Assembly (NCBI GenBank): GCA_017479085.1
Contig: JAFVCQ010000233.1
Span: forward strand, 1 to 50,385
Length of the DNA: 50,385 nt
Origin: Lachnospiraceae bacterium
GTDB lineage: Bacteria > Bacillota > Clostridia > Lachnospirales > Lachnospiraceae
Direction: 5' to 3'
The notes under the pieces are model-generated. The model did not search any database and had not been told where the DNA came from. It saw only the letters and a program-made list of their open reading frames with translations. Each line of letters begins with the position of its first letter. The first letter of the stretch is position 1. The position numbers and the translations under genes were made by a program. Below, piece after piece: positions 17,263 to 25,595 of the stretch.

Positions 17263-17950
17263 TTTTCGGTTCCGCCTATAGGCGGGGGCTAAACAACCAT
17301 TTTTTTCGGTACTGCCTATAGGCAGTGTGACTATTTAACCTCTGGTACTTGACCGCCTCTTAAAAGAGGCTCTTCATTAACCTTCAATTCTACTACACTC
17401 TTCTTGCTCTTCAATATACTTCTTGATTGTTTCCTCATTTACCTGTCCAATAGTTTCGACATAATATCCTCTTGCCCAGAAATGCCTTCCATATTTGTCA
17501 CGATACTCTGGATGTCGATCAAAAATCATTAATGCGCTTTTTCCTTTCAATTTTGACATCACTGTTGAAATACTCATTTTAGGCGGGACAGATATGTATA
17601 AATGTACATTATACATGGTCCGAGCATACGCCTCCCTTAATTAATTCAACACCTATGATTTTACACACTTTTGAAAGAATCTCACCAATTTCTTTTCCTA
17701 GAACCCCATACATTGCTTTTCTACGATATTTAGGAATAAATACAATATGGTACGTGCAATTATACTTTGTATGTGCTAAACTTTGATTGTCCATTATGGA
17801 TCCTCCGTATTCTATAGATTTTGGTTGCCTAGACCGCTATCTATTATAATACGGAGGTTTTTCTTTTGGTACTCTGGGTAACGCTACTGCTTACTCCGTT
17901 CTCCCCGTCTCTGACGGGGGCTTAATGGACAATCAGTTAAGATTTTTATC
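17263..17950 (-). mobile_element. IS200/IS605-family insertion sequence (IS200 group, tnpA only), boundaries approximate
   Basis: A Y1-transposase gene is flanked by structured ends with no terminal inverted repeats. On one side: perfect palindromes ccgcctataggcgg (17272-17285) and actgcctataggcagt (17311-17326), plus hairpin gcctcttaaaagaggc (17355-17370). On the other: ctccgtatt...aatacggag and ccccgtctctgacgggg (about 17905-17922). Confidence 0.7.
17377..17794 (-). pseudogene. tnpA: IS200-type Y1 transposase TnpA, disrupted by a 7-nt insertion
   Basis: MDNQSLAHTKYNCTYHIVFIPKYRRK...GGVCSDHV stops, and MYNVHLYISVPPKMS...FWARGYYVETIG...IKKYIEEQ continues in another frame. The minus strand reads GACCATGTATAATGTACATTTATAC. 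Removing 7 nt (TATAATG) restores D-H-V-H-L-Y, the HUH motif region. Confidence 0.85.
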
Positions 17951-18043
17951 ACTATTCGCAGTCGCTTTGTATCCAACTGCCAATAATAAAAAGCATTCTC
18001 TTTGCACCAGTCACGTCGTGAGAGACCGCTCTCATTGACCAAC

Positions 18044-18111
18044 CTGTGGAATCTGTTCGCCCTGCCAGCCAATCTCTCCGGCAAACTCCACAATATCCTC
18101 TGCCATTCCGC
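18044..18111. repeat. 68-bp direct repeat, copy 2 (partner at 8486..8553)
   Basis: 66 of 68 identical to copy 1, same orientation. It sits between the IS200 end and the DUF6273 gene terminator. Confidence 0.9.
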
Positions 18112-18144
18112 GCCCAATTCCACACTCTCTGCCAATACAAATCA

Positions 18145-18174
18145 GTCCGTTCCAGATGAATCCTTGGAACGGAC
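18145..18174 (-). terminator. Hairpin terminator of the DUF6273 gene
   Basis: gtccgttcca-N10-tggaacggac is a perfect 10-bp stem, 15 nt downstream of the stop at 18189. On the minus strand it is followed by a moderately T-rich tract (tgatttgtatt). Confidence 0.6.
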
Positions 18175-18188
18175 TGCCTCCATTATAC

Positions 18189-20300
18189 TTATTTCTGAAT
18201 CTTAACCGTCTTTACCTTACTCCACGTTCCATAGACCTTCTTGCCCGTCGAATCCCCGGTATATGCCCGCACTCTCACATAGTACGTCCTACCTTTTTTC
18301 AGATTCTTCACGGTCAGGGTAAGCTTGTCTGTGGTCTTTGTCTTCTTGCTCTTGGTGAACTTCCTGTTAAGTGCATACTGCACTTCGTATCCCCCCGCTT
18401 TCTTTACCTTCTTCCATCTGATAACGATTGCTTTTTTCTTGCTGTTCTTCGCGGAGCTTATTGTTACCTTGGCTGGTTTGGTAACCGTCTGTTCAGTCGT
18501 GCCTGTCTGTTCAACTACAGCGGTCTGTCCGGCAGCAGGCGTCTGTCCGGCAGCAGAGGCATCTGCGTTACCGTTGGAATGATTGGCTCCGGCATCACCG
18601 TTGGCATTGTTATTTGCTTCGTCAGAATTGTTATCCTGGCTGCTGTCATTGTCACCGGAGGTATTATTGTCACCGTCCTCTTCCTTTATCGAAAGCGGAT
18701 CAGATACCTGAAAGCTTTCCAAATTCTGTGCCACGGACAGATCAATATGTAAAGCCGGACGCACGGCATGAATTCCTTTACAGTAAGCATTTTCTCCACC
18801 GACATCTACATTACCTTCAGCGAACACATTCGCCGCCTTATAACTGTTAGAACCGGGTGATCTCAGCCACCATGAGCTGTTATTGTTCTCCTCCCGTTTT
18901 GCATCGTTCATATATGCATAATCCGTTGCCTTCACCTCTCTTGTCACGCTATGATCTCCTAACTTTACCTCAAATCCATATGCGCTGTCAGATACTTCCG
19001 CTAAGGATAACAGATACACCTTATCACTGGTGATATTTCCGCCTTCCGTATGAGTGTAGGGATTGTTATCATTTACAACACTCGTTGTCTTAATTGCAGC
19101 CTGTTCCGCATCGGTAAAGGCAGTATTGATAAATGATTCACTATCCCCTGTATCATTTAGCCATGTACGCAGTGTACTCGTCTCCCATGTCACATCCGTA
19201 TCAGTATCATTATACGGCTTGCAATCCAGCACTTGATCCGCAAGCAGAAAGGCGTCATCCCCATCCACAGAAAGAACCCTCCACGTAATCGGTTTTTCCC
19301 TGTAAGAAACATTATTCTGTTTGTAGTTTCCAAAGTATACACAGTCCCATGTGGTAACATCCCCGTTCGCAACGGGATTTCCATATTCACTTGTGGAAGT
19401 CCTTGGTGCTTCCGCTTTGTCAGCCTTCCCATTCGATGTTATCGTTCCCGCATCCGTGAGAATTCCAGAGGACAGTAATTCATCGGAGAATTTGACATGC
19501 AGAGCAGGGCGCACAGCACTACATAAATTGAAATTAGACATATTCAGACCATCGTATAACACTACCTCCACACAATAATTGTCGGCACCGGGAGAACGCA
19601 GCAGCCAACAGCAACTTGTCTCGATTCCCCCTCCCCAACCTGAACCACGGACCGTACCATTCATATGTGCATAATCCGTTGCTGCTGCCATTCTTGTCGC
19701 CCATGGATAGGCAGAATACTTATTAAATCCATATGCTTCGCTTGACGCTTCCTCTATGGACAACAGATATACCTTGTCTTTCGTGTCATTCCCTCCCTCC
19801 GTATCATACTCGGGGTTGTTGTTATTTACAACGGTTGTCTCTATGATTGCAGACTGTTCATCCTGAGTAAATGCAGTATTGATAAATGATTCACTATCCT
19901 CTGTGTCATTCAGCCATGTGCGCAGTGTACTCGTCTCCCATGTGCAGGAATAAGAATCCCTAATGAGATTCTCATCTTCATCCCACTCCTCTACTCCGTT
20001 CGTGTTATATGGCTTGTTGTCGAGTGCCTCATCTGCGAGCAAAAAAACATCATCTCCATCAATCGACAGAATCCTCCACTTAATCGGTTCCGTCTTAAAT
20101 TCTTCCACATCCTGATAATACCTCCCAAACTGCACCATATCCCACGTCACCGTTCCATCTCCGGCAATCCGGGGACTGCTGATGTTATTGGATGCCGCTT
20201 GGACTTTCAGCGTGCTTCCCGCCACTCCCGAAAATGCCGTCAATGCCATGACAGCCGCCGACAGCATCGCAAATCCCTGCTTCCAATTCTTTTTCCTCAT
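18189..20300 (-). CDS. Secreted protein with two DUF6273-like domains, a low-complexity linker and a C-terminal fibronectin type III-like domain
   Basis: Signal peptide MRKKNWKQGFAMLSAAVMALTAFSGVAGS...AAS. There are two copies of the pattern I(K/T)WR(I/V)LS(I/V)DGDD.FLLAD..LD.KPYN...TWETSTLRTWLND...FINTAFT..EQ.AI...V...DKVYLLS..E...WLLRSPG...VRPALH. The C-terminus ends in GYEVQYALNRKF...YYVRVRAYT. Confidence 0.75.
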   Translation of the reverse strand: MRKKNWKQGFAMLSAAVMALTAFSGVAGSTLKVQAASNNISSPRIAGDGTVTWDMVQFGRYYQDVEEFKTEPIKWRILSIDGDDVFLLADEALDNKPYNTNGVEEWDEDENLIRDSYSCTWETSTLRTWLNDTEDSESFINTAFTQDEQSAIIETTVVNNNNPEYDTEGGNDTKDKVYLLSIEEASSEAYGFNKYSAYPWATRMAAATDYAHMNGTVRGSGWGGGIETSCCWLLRSPGADNYCVEVVLYDGLNMSNFNLCSAVRPALHVKFSDELLSSGILTDAGTITSNGKADKAEAPRTSTSEYGNPVANGDVTTWDCVYFGNYKQNNVSYREKPITWRVLSVDGDDAFLLADQVLDCKPYNDTDTDVTWETSTLRTWLNDTGDSESFINTAFTDAEQAAIKTTSVVNDNNPYTHTEGGNITSDKVYLLSLAEVSDSAYGFEVKLGDHSVTREVKATDYAYMNDAKREENNNSSWWLRSPGSNSYKAANVFAEGNVDVGGENAYCKGIHAVRPALHIDLSVAQNLESFQVSDPLSIKEEDGDNNTSGDNDSSQDNNSDEANNNANGDAGANHSNGNADASAAGQTPAAGQTAVVEQTGTTEQTVTKPAKVTISSAKNSKKKAIVIRWKKVKKAGGYEVQYALNRKFTKSKKTKTTDKLTLTVKNLKKGRTYYVRVRAYTGDSTGKKVYGTWSKVKTVKIQK

Positions 20301-20426
20301 TTTCTTATCCTCCTCTAAACACTTTTAAATGAATACCCCCTTGATATAACCAGACTCTGCCAAAAGAATTCCGGTAATCATAAGAGATTGTATCAAAGCT
20401 CCATTTCATATTACCACTTTTTTCAC

Positions 20427-20475
20427 ACAAAAAAAGCCGCTAACCAAAAATAACACAGTTAGCGACAAAATTAAC
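20427..20475. repeat. Imperfect direct repeat flanking the TIR operon, promoter-distal copy (partner 27693..27741)
   Basis: acaaaaaaagCcgCtaaccaaaaataacacAGttagcgacaaaattaac matches the partner at 45 of 49 positions. Weaker similarity extends to 20401. It contains the hairpin cgctaac-N13-gttagcg. Confidence 0.85.
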
Positions 20476-20565
20476 CAAATTTTCTCAAGCTTTTTTGAAA
20501 AACCTTCTCTATTGCAGCTTTGCCGGTCCCCGCTTTCCGCAGCAGAGCTGCGGAAAATGGGATTC

Positions 20566-22740
20566 TCATTCAGCTCTTTTTTCATCTAACCGGTAGATTC
20601 GAAGACCATCATACAGCTTCAGAAGCTCCAGCATACACTCTAACGGTTCCTTATCCTTGCCTTGTTCACCTTTTGGAAGATTATAATAATTTTCTTCTGC
20701 CTCCTCCTGACTGATGACACCATCCTGCACGACCATGTTCCATTTGTCCTTCGGAATCATACAGAAATGCTGTCTTTTTCTTTCCCGTTCATCCCCTTTG
20801 AGCTTCTCATACTTTTTCTTTGTCCTTCCGTCCTCCGTCACAGTCTCACCGGTATAGCCGGTTCCGCACCATCCCATCTCATACTGCCGCTCAAGCCACC
20901 GGTAATGCTCTGCCGGAGCCATGGTTTCTATGTCATCGGAAGTGAATTCCTTTACAATATCATAATCGACCGAACGATCCGTATAAAAACACCCGATCTC
21001 ATTCAAAAGCTTTGCAAACCCCTTCGCCTGCGCAATATTAGACAGCTTATATTCTAGCGACAGCTTCTCGAATTCTGTTTCAAACTCCCTCTCATGCTGC
21101 TGTGCATATTCTACAATCCGATTCTCCTTTTTTGCTCTCTCCCATTCCGTATCATTCCGGGTATATTTCTCAAAATCCTTGCTATACAGAAGTCCCCACC
21201 GGGCATTTAGCACAACCGCAAAGTTATACAGATGAATGAAATTGCTGTCTGACAGATATGTCCGCTTTCTGCTGTTGTTCCGCTTTCTGCATTCCGTCTC
21301 TACCTGCAGGCAGATTCTGTCACCGCTCTTCTTTTGTGTATCAATGTCAATAATGCGTGCGATGTCCTTCTCAAAATCCCCGCTGCGAAAATCCCCATAT
21401 GCTTTTAGTCTTGGTTTCTCTGCCTTCTTCCCATCTTTACTCCGTTCCTGTGAAACTGCCTTTTGATACTCCGCATCAAATTCGTCCATCTTATGCTTTT
21501 CTTCCTGGTCAAACATATAGGTCGCATATATCACACTGCCCTCAAATACGAACTCGCAATCCATCGGGTGCAGCTCCGTACGGGAATTTCTTCCATAGCT
21601 CGTTCTGTCCCATACCTGCAGCTCATCGCACAGCATTAGCATATATGCCAACGGGTGCAGCTCCGGCTTCAACGGAATATTAACTGCGTCCTTATAAAAT
21701 GCTACACAGAATTTGTACAGGCTGTTATGCAGTATGATCGCTGTCAAAGCATCCACCGTAGCGCAGTCTACTTCAAGATTCAATTCCTCAAACAGCTTCT
21801 TGAACAGAATGGTCGCACTGAAATAGCCATGATCCATAAAATTGCCAAATGCATCCGGATGCACCGGTTTGCGCATCAGGATATCCCGCATGGACTCTCT
21901 TGAAAAGCAGTATGTTTCGGAAAGCTTATTGGCCAGATCGAATGCAAACAGATCATTGGTATCGTGAAAGATAACCTCCTGCATGCGATAGCGTCCATCC
22001 TTCGCATACAGTCTTGCCAGCCTGCGCTTTAAATCCTCATCAATACGGATATAATCCTCCAACTGCCGATATGCGAGGAACGGCTTGCCTGCACGCTTTT
22101 GCTTATCCACTTCAAAATAAGACGCTACCTGCTCAAACGGAAGCTCAAACGGATATCCGATATCATGAAACAGAGAAGCAAGGCCCCAGTAATGCAGAAA
22201 ATGGTGTGCTGCTTCTTCTCCCGCCTTTCTCTGTCCCTCATAGAATCTCTGATAAACCTTGCGGTATGCCGCATTCGATTCATAGATCGCAAGCCCAAGC
22301 AAAAATACATAGACCGAATGGGAGTAATGATCCCTGTGCTTCATCAAAAGGGAACTTCCGTTATTCTCAAATTCCGAGAGAAGCTCCACCATACGCCTGC
22401 TTTGCTCATAGCCGCCAAGGAACATCTCCATAAAACAGAAATACACATCAAAGGCATCCTCCCTTGTACCGGATTCCAGAAAATGTCTTGCTGCATTTTC
22501 CAGACAAAGCCGGTCTATATCCATCTCCATATTGTACGGAATCTGATTCTGCCTGATACTGCTGCCAAGCATTTTTCCATCTGTGTTTTCCTTGATCATC
22601 TTATCTGTATCATAGCGCAGATTTTCACATGTCTTATACAGGAAGCGGAGTGCTGCCCCCTGTAAACCGTTCTGTTTCTCTGTCGCCGGACTATGCTCTA
22701 ATATATGTCCGTCAGCATCCTTCAACATATTGTATGCCAT
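20566..22740 (-). CDS. HD-domain phosphohydrolase fused to C-terminal RyR-like repeat(s)
   Basis: Start set at MAYNMLKD (SD GGGAGGATAACAGG), 19 nt after the upstream stop. HD motifs: KHRDHYSHSVYVFLLGLAIY, LASLFHDIGYPFELPFE, ILHNSLYKF, MLMLCDELQVWDR. The C-terminus APAEHYRWLERQYEMGW...RKRQHFCMIP...YYNLPKGEQGKDKEPLECMLELLK fits the RyR-domain pattern. A weaker copy precedes it (NFAVVLNARWG...LSLEYKLSNIAQAKGFAKLLNEIG). Confidence 0.6.
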   Translation of the reverse strand: MAYNMLKDADGHILEHSPATEKQNGLQGAALRFLYKTCENLRYDTDKMIKENTDGKMLGSSIRQNQIPYNMEMDIDRLCLENAARHFLESGTREDAFDVYFCFMEMFLGGYEQSRRMVELLSEFENNGSSLLMKHRDHYSHSVYVFLLGLAIYESNAAYRKVYQRFYEGQRKAGEEAAHHFLHYWGLASLFHDIGYPFELPFEQVASYFEVDKQKRAGKPFLAYRQLEDYIRIDEDLKRRLARLYAKDGRYRMQEVIFHDTNDLFAFDLANKLSETYCFSRESMRDILMRKPVHPDAFGNFMDHGYFSATILFKKLFEELNLEVDCATVDALTAIILHNSLYKFCVAFYKDAVNIPLKPELHPLAYMLMLCDELQVWDRTSYGRNSRTELHPMDCEFVFEGSVIYATYMFDQEEKHKMDEFDAEYQKAVSQERSKDGKKAEKPRLKAYGDFRSGDFEKDIARIIDIDTQKKSGDRICLQVETECRKRNNSRKRTYLSDSNFIHLYNFAVVLNARWGLLYSKDFEKYTRNDTEWERAKKENRIVEYAQQHEREFETEFEKLSLEYKLSNIAQAKGFAKLLNEIGCFYTDRSVDYDIVKEFTSDDIETMAPAEHYRWLERQYEMGWCGTGYTGETVTEDGRTKKKYEKLKGDERERKRQHFCMIPKDKWNMVVQDGVISQEEAEENYYNLPKGEQGKDKEPLECMLELLKLYDGLRIYRLDEKRAE

Positions 22741-22759
22741 CCTGTTATCCTCCCGATTC

Positions 22760-24235
22760 TTAATTTTCACCGCATACTTCCCTTAATTTTCGAAGCACCA
22801 TCACCATTGCATAGGTATCCAGACCGCAGTATTTCAACAGATGTGTGCGCATAACAGCAATTTCATCCGCAGAGTGATTCCCCATATCTGCATAATATGC
22901 CGATGCCTCTGCGCCATTGTGCACCCCCTCCAGCCTGTGATAATCAAGCTCCGATTCCTCCGGCCACAGAGCAGGCAGCACATACTTGATGGAATACGAG
23001 CCCTGCATCGCTGCACTGTAGTAATACTGTTTCTGAAACGGCACCATCAAGTCAACGATATGGTCATGTATATGGAGCAAATGCTCTCCAATATCCGGAA
23101 ATGTAGCTGCAAGATGCCTGATCACTGTCTTTTCAAAAGACATATTGTATGCTGTCACACACGCATTTTCCGGAATATCTGCGATCAGGTGCTGTGCCAG
23201 TGTTCTTCTGGGATCCTTCCCCTCCTCTGCCAGAAATTCCAGATGCCGAAGCCCGCCATGTCCGTCCTCCACATGAATCGAGTACTGAAATGGAATCTGC
23301 TCATACGGATGGATGCCGTCAAACTCCGGAACCGCCTGCTGAAAGGTCTCAAAATCCAGATGATAGACCGGATAGGAAAGCGTATCCAGAAATGTCCGGA
23401 TCTCCTCCTTATCGCATACATCCGGCCGATCCCCACAGACGCTTTCCACCTGCCGCCGCTGATTATCGTTCATCACCTCCGGATGCTCCATCAGATCCGC
23501 ATAGCTGATAATGCCCTGATGGTAGAGTGTGTACTTTTTCTTCGTCTGCATGCGTACCAGGTCAAAGACCGAATGCTCCGGTATATGTCTGCCACAATAC
23601 GAACGATACACGCATGGATATGGCTTTTCACAATAACAGTCAAGTTCCCGCTCCGGCTCCGTATCTGTATCTATGTACGTCTGTATCTCCCGAATGCGTT
23701 TCTCCATTCCGTCTGCCTGTTCTTTCACAGACTCCGTGCAGTCCTCTAAAGCGAACAGCCGCCTGATGTCCAGTTCCCCCATGCGCACATAGGTGGAATC
23801 GATATGCATACAGTATATATGCCCCACAGGCACACCGCACTGACGCAGAACATGATATTGGAATGCCATGTCCTCTATATGCTCTTCCTTTACCCTGGTC
23901 GAGCTCTTGACCTCAACAATATCCCATCCACTGTTATTTTTGTGCAGCAGATCCACGGCACAGTACAGTCCGTCATGGGTAAATGCTGCCTCTGCGATAC
24001 ATTCCGTTCCCTGCTCCATAAGCGTTCTTGTAGCAGAAACCATCTCCTCCCTGCAAAAGGAAACATTTACAACCACACAATCACCAAAATACTGTCTTGC
24101 CAGTTCCCCCACCTTTACTCCGGTTTCCAGAACAGCGTCCGAAGCCGCCCCGTCTGCCTTCTCCGGCATATACCGGTCCATCCAGAGAATTTTGGGACAC
24201 TGAATGCCCTTACAATATCGGGATTTACTCATTTC
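22760..24235 (-). CDS. DUF2779-family protein: Cas4-like PD-(D/E)XK nuclease domain plus DEDD-type (RNase H-fold) exonuclease domain
   Basis: Start set at MSKSRYCKGIQCPKILW, the typical DUF2779 N-terminus (SD AAAGGA). Nuclease motifs: DLLHK...WDIVEVKSS. Cys cluster: C...CYCEKPYPCVYRSYC. The C-terminal half has YHLDFETF (Exo I), AYNMSFEK (Exo II) and YCGLDTYAM (Exo III). Confidence 0.7.
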   Translation of the reverse strand, partial: EMSKSRYCKGIQCPKILWMDRYMPEKADGAASDAVLETGVKVGELARQYFGDCVVVNVSFCREEMVSATRTLMEQGTECIAEAAFTHDGLYCAVDLLHKNNSGWDIVEVKSSTRVKEEHIEDMAFQYHVLRQCGVPVGHIYCMHIDSTYVRMGELDIRRLFALEDCTESVKEQADGMEKRIREIQTYIDTDTEPERELDCYCEKPYPCVYRSYCGRHIPEHSVFDLVRMQTKKKYTLYHQGIISYADLMEHPEVMNDNQRRQVESVCGDRPDVCDKEEIRTFLDTLSYPVYHLDFETFQQAVPEFDGIHPYEQIPFQYSIHVEDGHGGLRHLEFLAEEGKDPRRTLAQHLIADIPENACVTAYNMSFEKTVIRHLAATFPDIGEHLLHIHDHIVDLMVPFQKQYYYSAAMQGSYSIKYVLPALWPEESELDYHRLEGVHNGAEASAYYADMGNHSADEIAVMRTHLLKYCGLDTYAMVMVLRKLREVCGEN

Positions 24236-24356
24236 GTCCTTTTTTTCCAAACGGTTTTCCCTCCCCAATCCACATAACGTTCCTGCCACAGATCCGATCT
24301 GCGGTATCATGCATACCGGCATCCCACCAGTGTCAGCCTCCGTTGCGCCAACACAT

Positions 24357-25580
24357 TTACATATCATCCATCAGCTCCTTGATCGTCTTGCCTTCCTCAT
24401 TCACCCAGTAGGTCGTCCCCCGAAGCGTCTTGACTAACGGTGTGATTCCATGCTGCTTCCGGTAATAATTGATTGCATCTATACCGGCAGAAGATGAGCT
24501 TTCATAGATACCCACAATCTCGCCCTGTTCATTCCGAAAAGGCTTCTCATTTTCGTCCAAAATCTGTAAATAGCAGTCCTTCCTATTTTCCGCAAGCACG
24601 ATCCTTGCATGATATTCCACTCCATCATACTTCATGGTAAAGCGCATGCCGTCTGCCACTTTCCCCCTCCGGTACAGCTCGGTAAAACGGATCACCTGTC
24701 TCTCAATTGCAGACTTCGGGCTTCTCCCATATCTCTCGTCCACAGACAGATAGATCTCGTCAAACACACCCTGATATCTTTCATAGACAAGGCTTTCCGG
24801 ACTTCCCCCCGCTTGCAAGGTATAGCTGCCATCCACTGCATGGAAGATCGCATCCAACACTTCCGTATGCGCATCATAGATATTCTTGCAAAGCTCAATA
24901 TTCGTAAGCGCCATCGGCGCTTTAGAGCCCCTTGCCACCTCTTTGAGATTGGCCGCATACTGCTCTAACAGATACCTTGCATCGCCGGAAAGCTGCGGAT
25001 GCTCCAGACACTTTGCGATCACGTTATCATATAGCTCCTGATAGGTGATCCGTTCGTACATATCCGCATAGGATTTCTGCCGCGGATCCGGTGTGATGAA
25101 GAAATAGCATGCTTTCTGCCGCTCCGTTTTATGCGCCTGCACATAATCATAATAATCCTGTGTCTGCCCCACATCCGAATGGTTGAAATTCTCATGTGCA
25201 TTTACCTTATTCTCTATAACGATAATCAACTCGTCACTCTCACCGTACACATCGATCGACCGCTTCTTCCCCTGCATCGAAGCATCCTTCTCGGTCTGAA
25301 ATCTCACGGTATCCAGGTTCCACCGGTACAGGTCGGCGAGGTCATAGCCGCACTCCGGATTCTTCACCATATACAGAGTGAGCAGTCTGGCGAGCGGGTA
25401 GTGTCCCAGACGCAGGGAGGAATGCGCATCTAAGAGCCAGCTGATAAAGGCACTGTGCCAATGCTCCTTATGCGTCTGTCCCACGATGGAAAACAGATTG
25501 GACTTCTCCTGTTTGTACTTCAGTTCCTGAAATCCGGAATCCGTCACCAGGGATTCAATCTGTGTATATGTCACTGCCAT
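24357..25580 (-). CDS. PD-(D/E)XK nuclease (PDDEXK_4-like) with an extra C-terminal domain
   Basis: SD AGGAGAG lies 6 nt upstream; the start is 15 nt after the TIR gene stop. NLFSIVGQTHKEHWHSAFISWLLDAHSSLRLGH plus SIDVYGES..LIIVIENKVNAHE....GQTQDYYDY gives the D...E.K core. The C-terminal ~110 aa end ...IYESSSSAGIDAINYY...RGTTYWVNEEGKTIKEL. Confidence 0.65.
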   Translation of the reverse strand: MAVTYTQIESLVTDSGFQELKYKQEKSNLFSIVGQTHKEHWHSAFISWLLDAHSSLRLGHYPLARLLTLYMVKNPECGYDLADLYRWNLDTVRFQTEKDASMQGKKRSIDVYGESDELIIVIENKVNAHENFNHSDVGQTQDYYDYVQAHKTERQKACYFFITPDPRQKSYADMYERITYQELYDNVIAKCLEHPQLSGDARYLLEQYAANLKEVARGSKAPMALTNIELCKNIYDAHTEVLDAIFHAVDGSYTLQAGGSPESLVYERYQGVFDEIYLSVDERYGRSPKSAIERQVIRFTELYRRGKVADGMRFTMKYDGVEYHARIVLAENRKDCYLQILDENEKPFRNEQGEIVGIYESSSSAGIDAINYYRKQHGITPLVKTLRGTTYWVNEEGKTIKELMDDM

Positions 25581-25595
25581 ACTGTACTCTCCTGA

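Noticed and set aside
24236-24367. The 44-codon N-terminal extension of the DUF2779 ORF (MICKCVGATEADTGGMPVCMIPQ...), which would overlap the upstream gene by 11 nt.
   Set aside because: The extension is Cys/Gly-rich with no helix- or strand-like pattern. The canonical family N-terminus MSKSRYCKGIQCPK begins at 24235 with its own SD.
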